A DNA stretch of 64,000 nt, taken from positions 4,340,001 to 4,404,000 of the forward strand of contig NC_092674.1 in the NCBI RefSeq assembly GCF_964355755.1, written 5' to 3'. A program made the position numbers and the translations under genes. Below the pieces are notes generated by a model. The model searched no databases. It had not been told where the DNA came from and was given only the letters and a program-made list of their open reading frames with translations. The DNA is from Antedon mediterranea. Taxonomy: Eukaryota; Animalia; Echinodermata. Shown piece by piece: positions 63,549 through 64,000 of this stretch (position 1 is the stretch's first letter; the number at the start of each line of letters is the position of its first letter).

Positions 63549-64000
63549 CTGTGAACAGAAGGAAATATCACAGAATCTTTTTGCCATCACAGCCGTTTTC
63601 TTTCCTGGACTGATCAACGTTAAGGTTTCCTTGCCAATCTGGAACAACATGGTTCGATTCTGTGGATTGTGTTTACGCATCAACATCGTGGCGATACTTA
63701 ACTGTCTGTCAAAGTTCGGGACGCTTCCACGTTTTACAGGCACGTAGTGCCGAGCAGAACAATTACTAGCATCGCTGTTTGACCGCGGAATATCAAATTC
63801 TTCACATTCACTGTCCGTTTTATTTGAATCTAGGGATTCTGAACTGGTATTTCTTGAGAGCACAGGTACATTCATGTCAGCTACATTTTCTAGATCGTCA
63901 AACGATTGTGATTTCTTTCTCTCGCCGACGCTATTCGACCTCGATCTTGATTGGTCTCCTGTCGAGTAGTGTCGACGCCGCCTATCAATGTAGTCCTCAA
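63549..64000 (-). CDS. TBC1D1: TBC1D1/TBC1D4-like Rab-GAP, exon running off the window edge (linker + start of second PTB domain)
   Basis: NRTMLFQIG...LISP..K...K.F.DISFCSQ resembles the second PTB domain of TBC1D1/4. Donor CAG|GTAAAT. The frame stays open to 64000. Confidence 0.9.

Noticed and set aside
63451-63747. 98-aa plus-strand ORF
   Set aside because: It is antisense to the PTB-domain exon.

Overview
This is AT-rich animal genomic DNA, not prokaryotic. GT-AG introns and a Deu/Nin-type SINE suggest an invertebrate deuterostome, possibly an echinoderm (inference). There are three protein-coding genes, all on the minus strand. (1) The 3' portion of a TBC1D1/TBC1D4 (AS160)-like Rab-GAP gene runs from beyond 64000 down to a stop at 17151. 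I assembled 18 frame-consistent coding exons by hand, plus two candidate in-frame microexons of 27 and 33 nt. (2, 3) A tandem pair of three-exon genes (983-3226 and 7619-9668) encodes secreted proteins of about 415 aa: signal peptide, PAN/Apple-like domain, a 25-nt microexon linker, then three Link (Xlink)-like modules. The paralogues are almost identical N-terminally but diverge sharply in the distal Link modules. This is the most interesting system in the window. Non-coding DNA is dense with repeats: about 25 copies of one Harbinger/Tourist-like MITE, nested TIR elements with 5-bp TSDs, palindrome-headed Crypton-like elements, tRNA-derived SINEs, LINE remnants, several minisatellites and a 2.8-kb satellite built from hairpin monomers. 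All annotation was done by eye; repeat boundaries are approximate.
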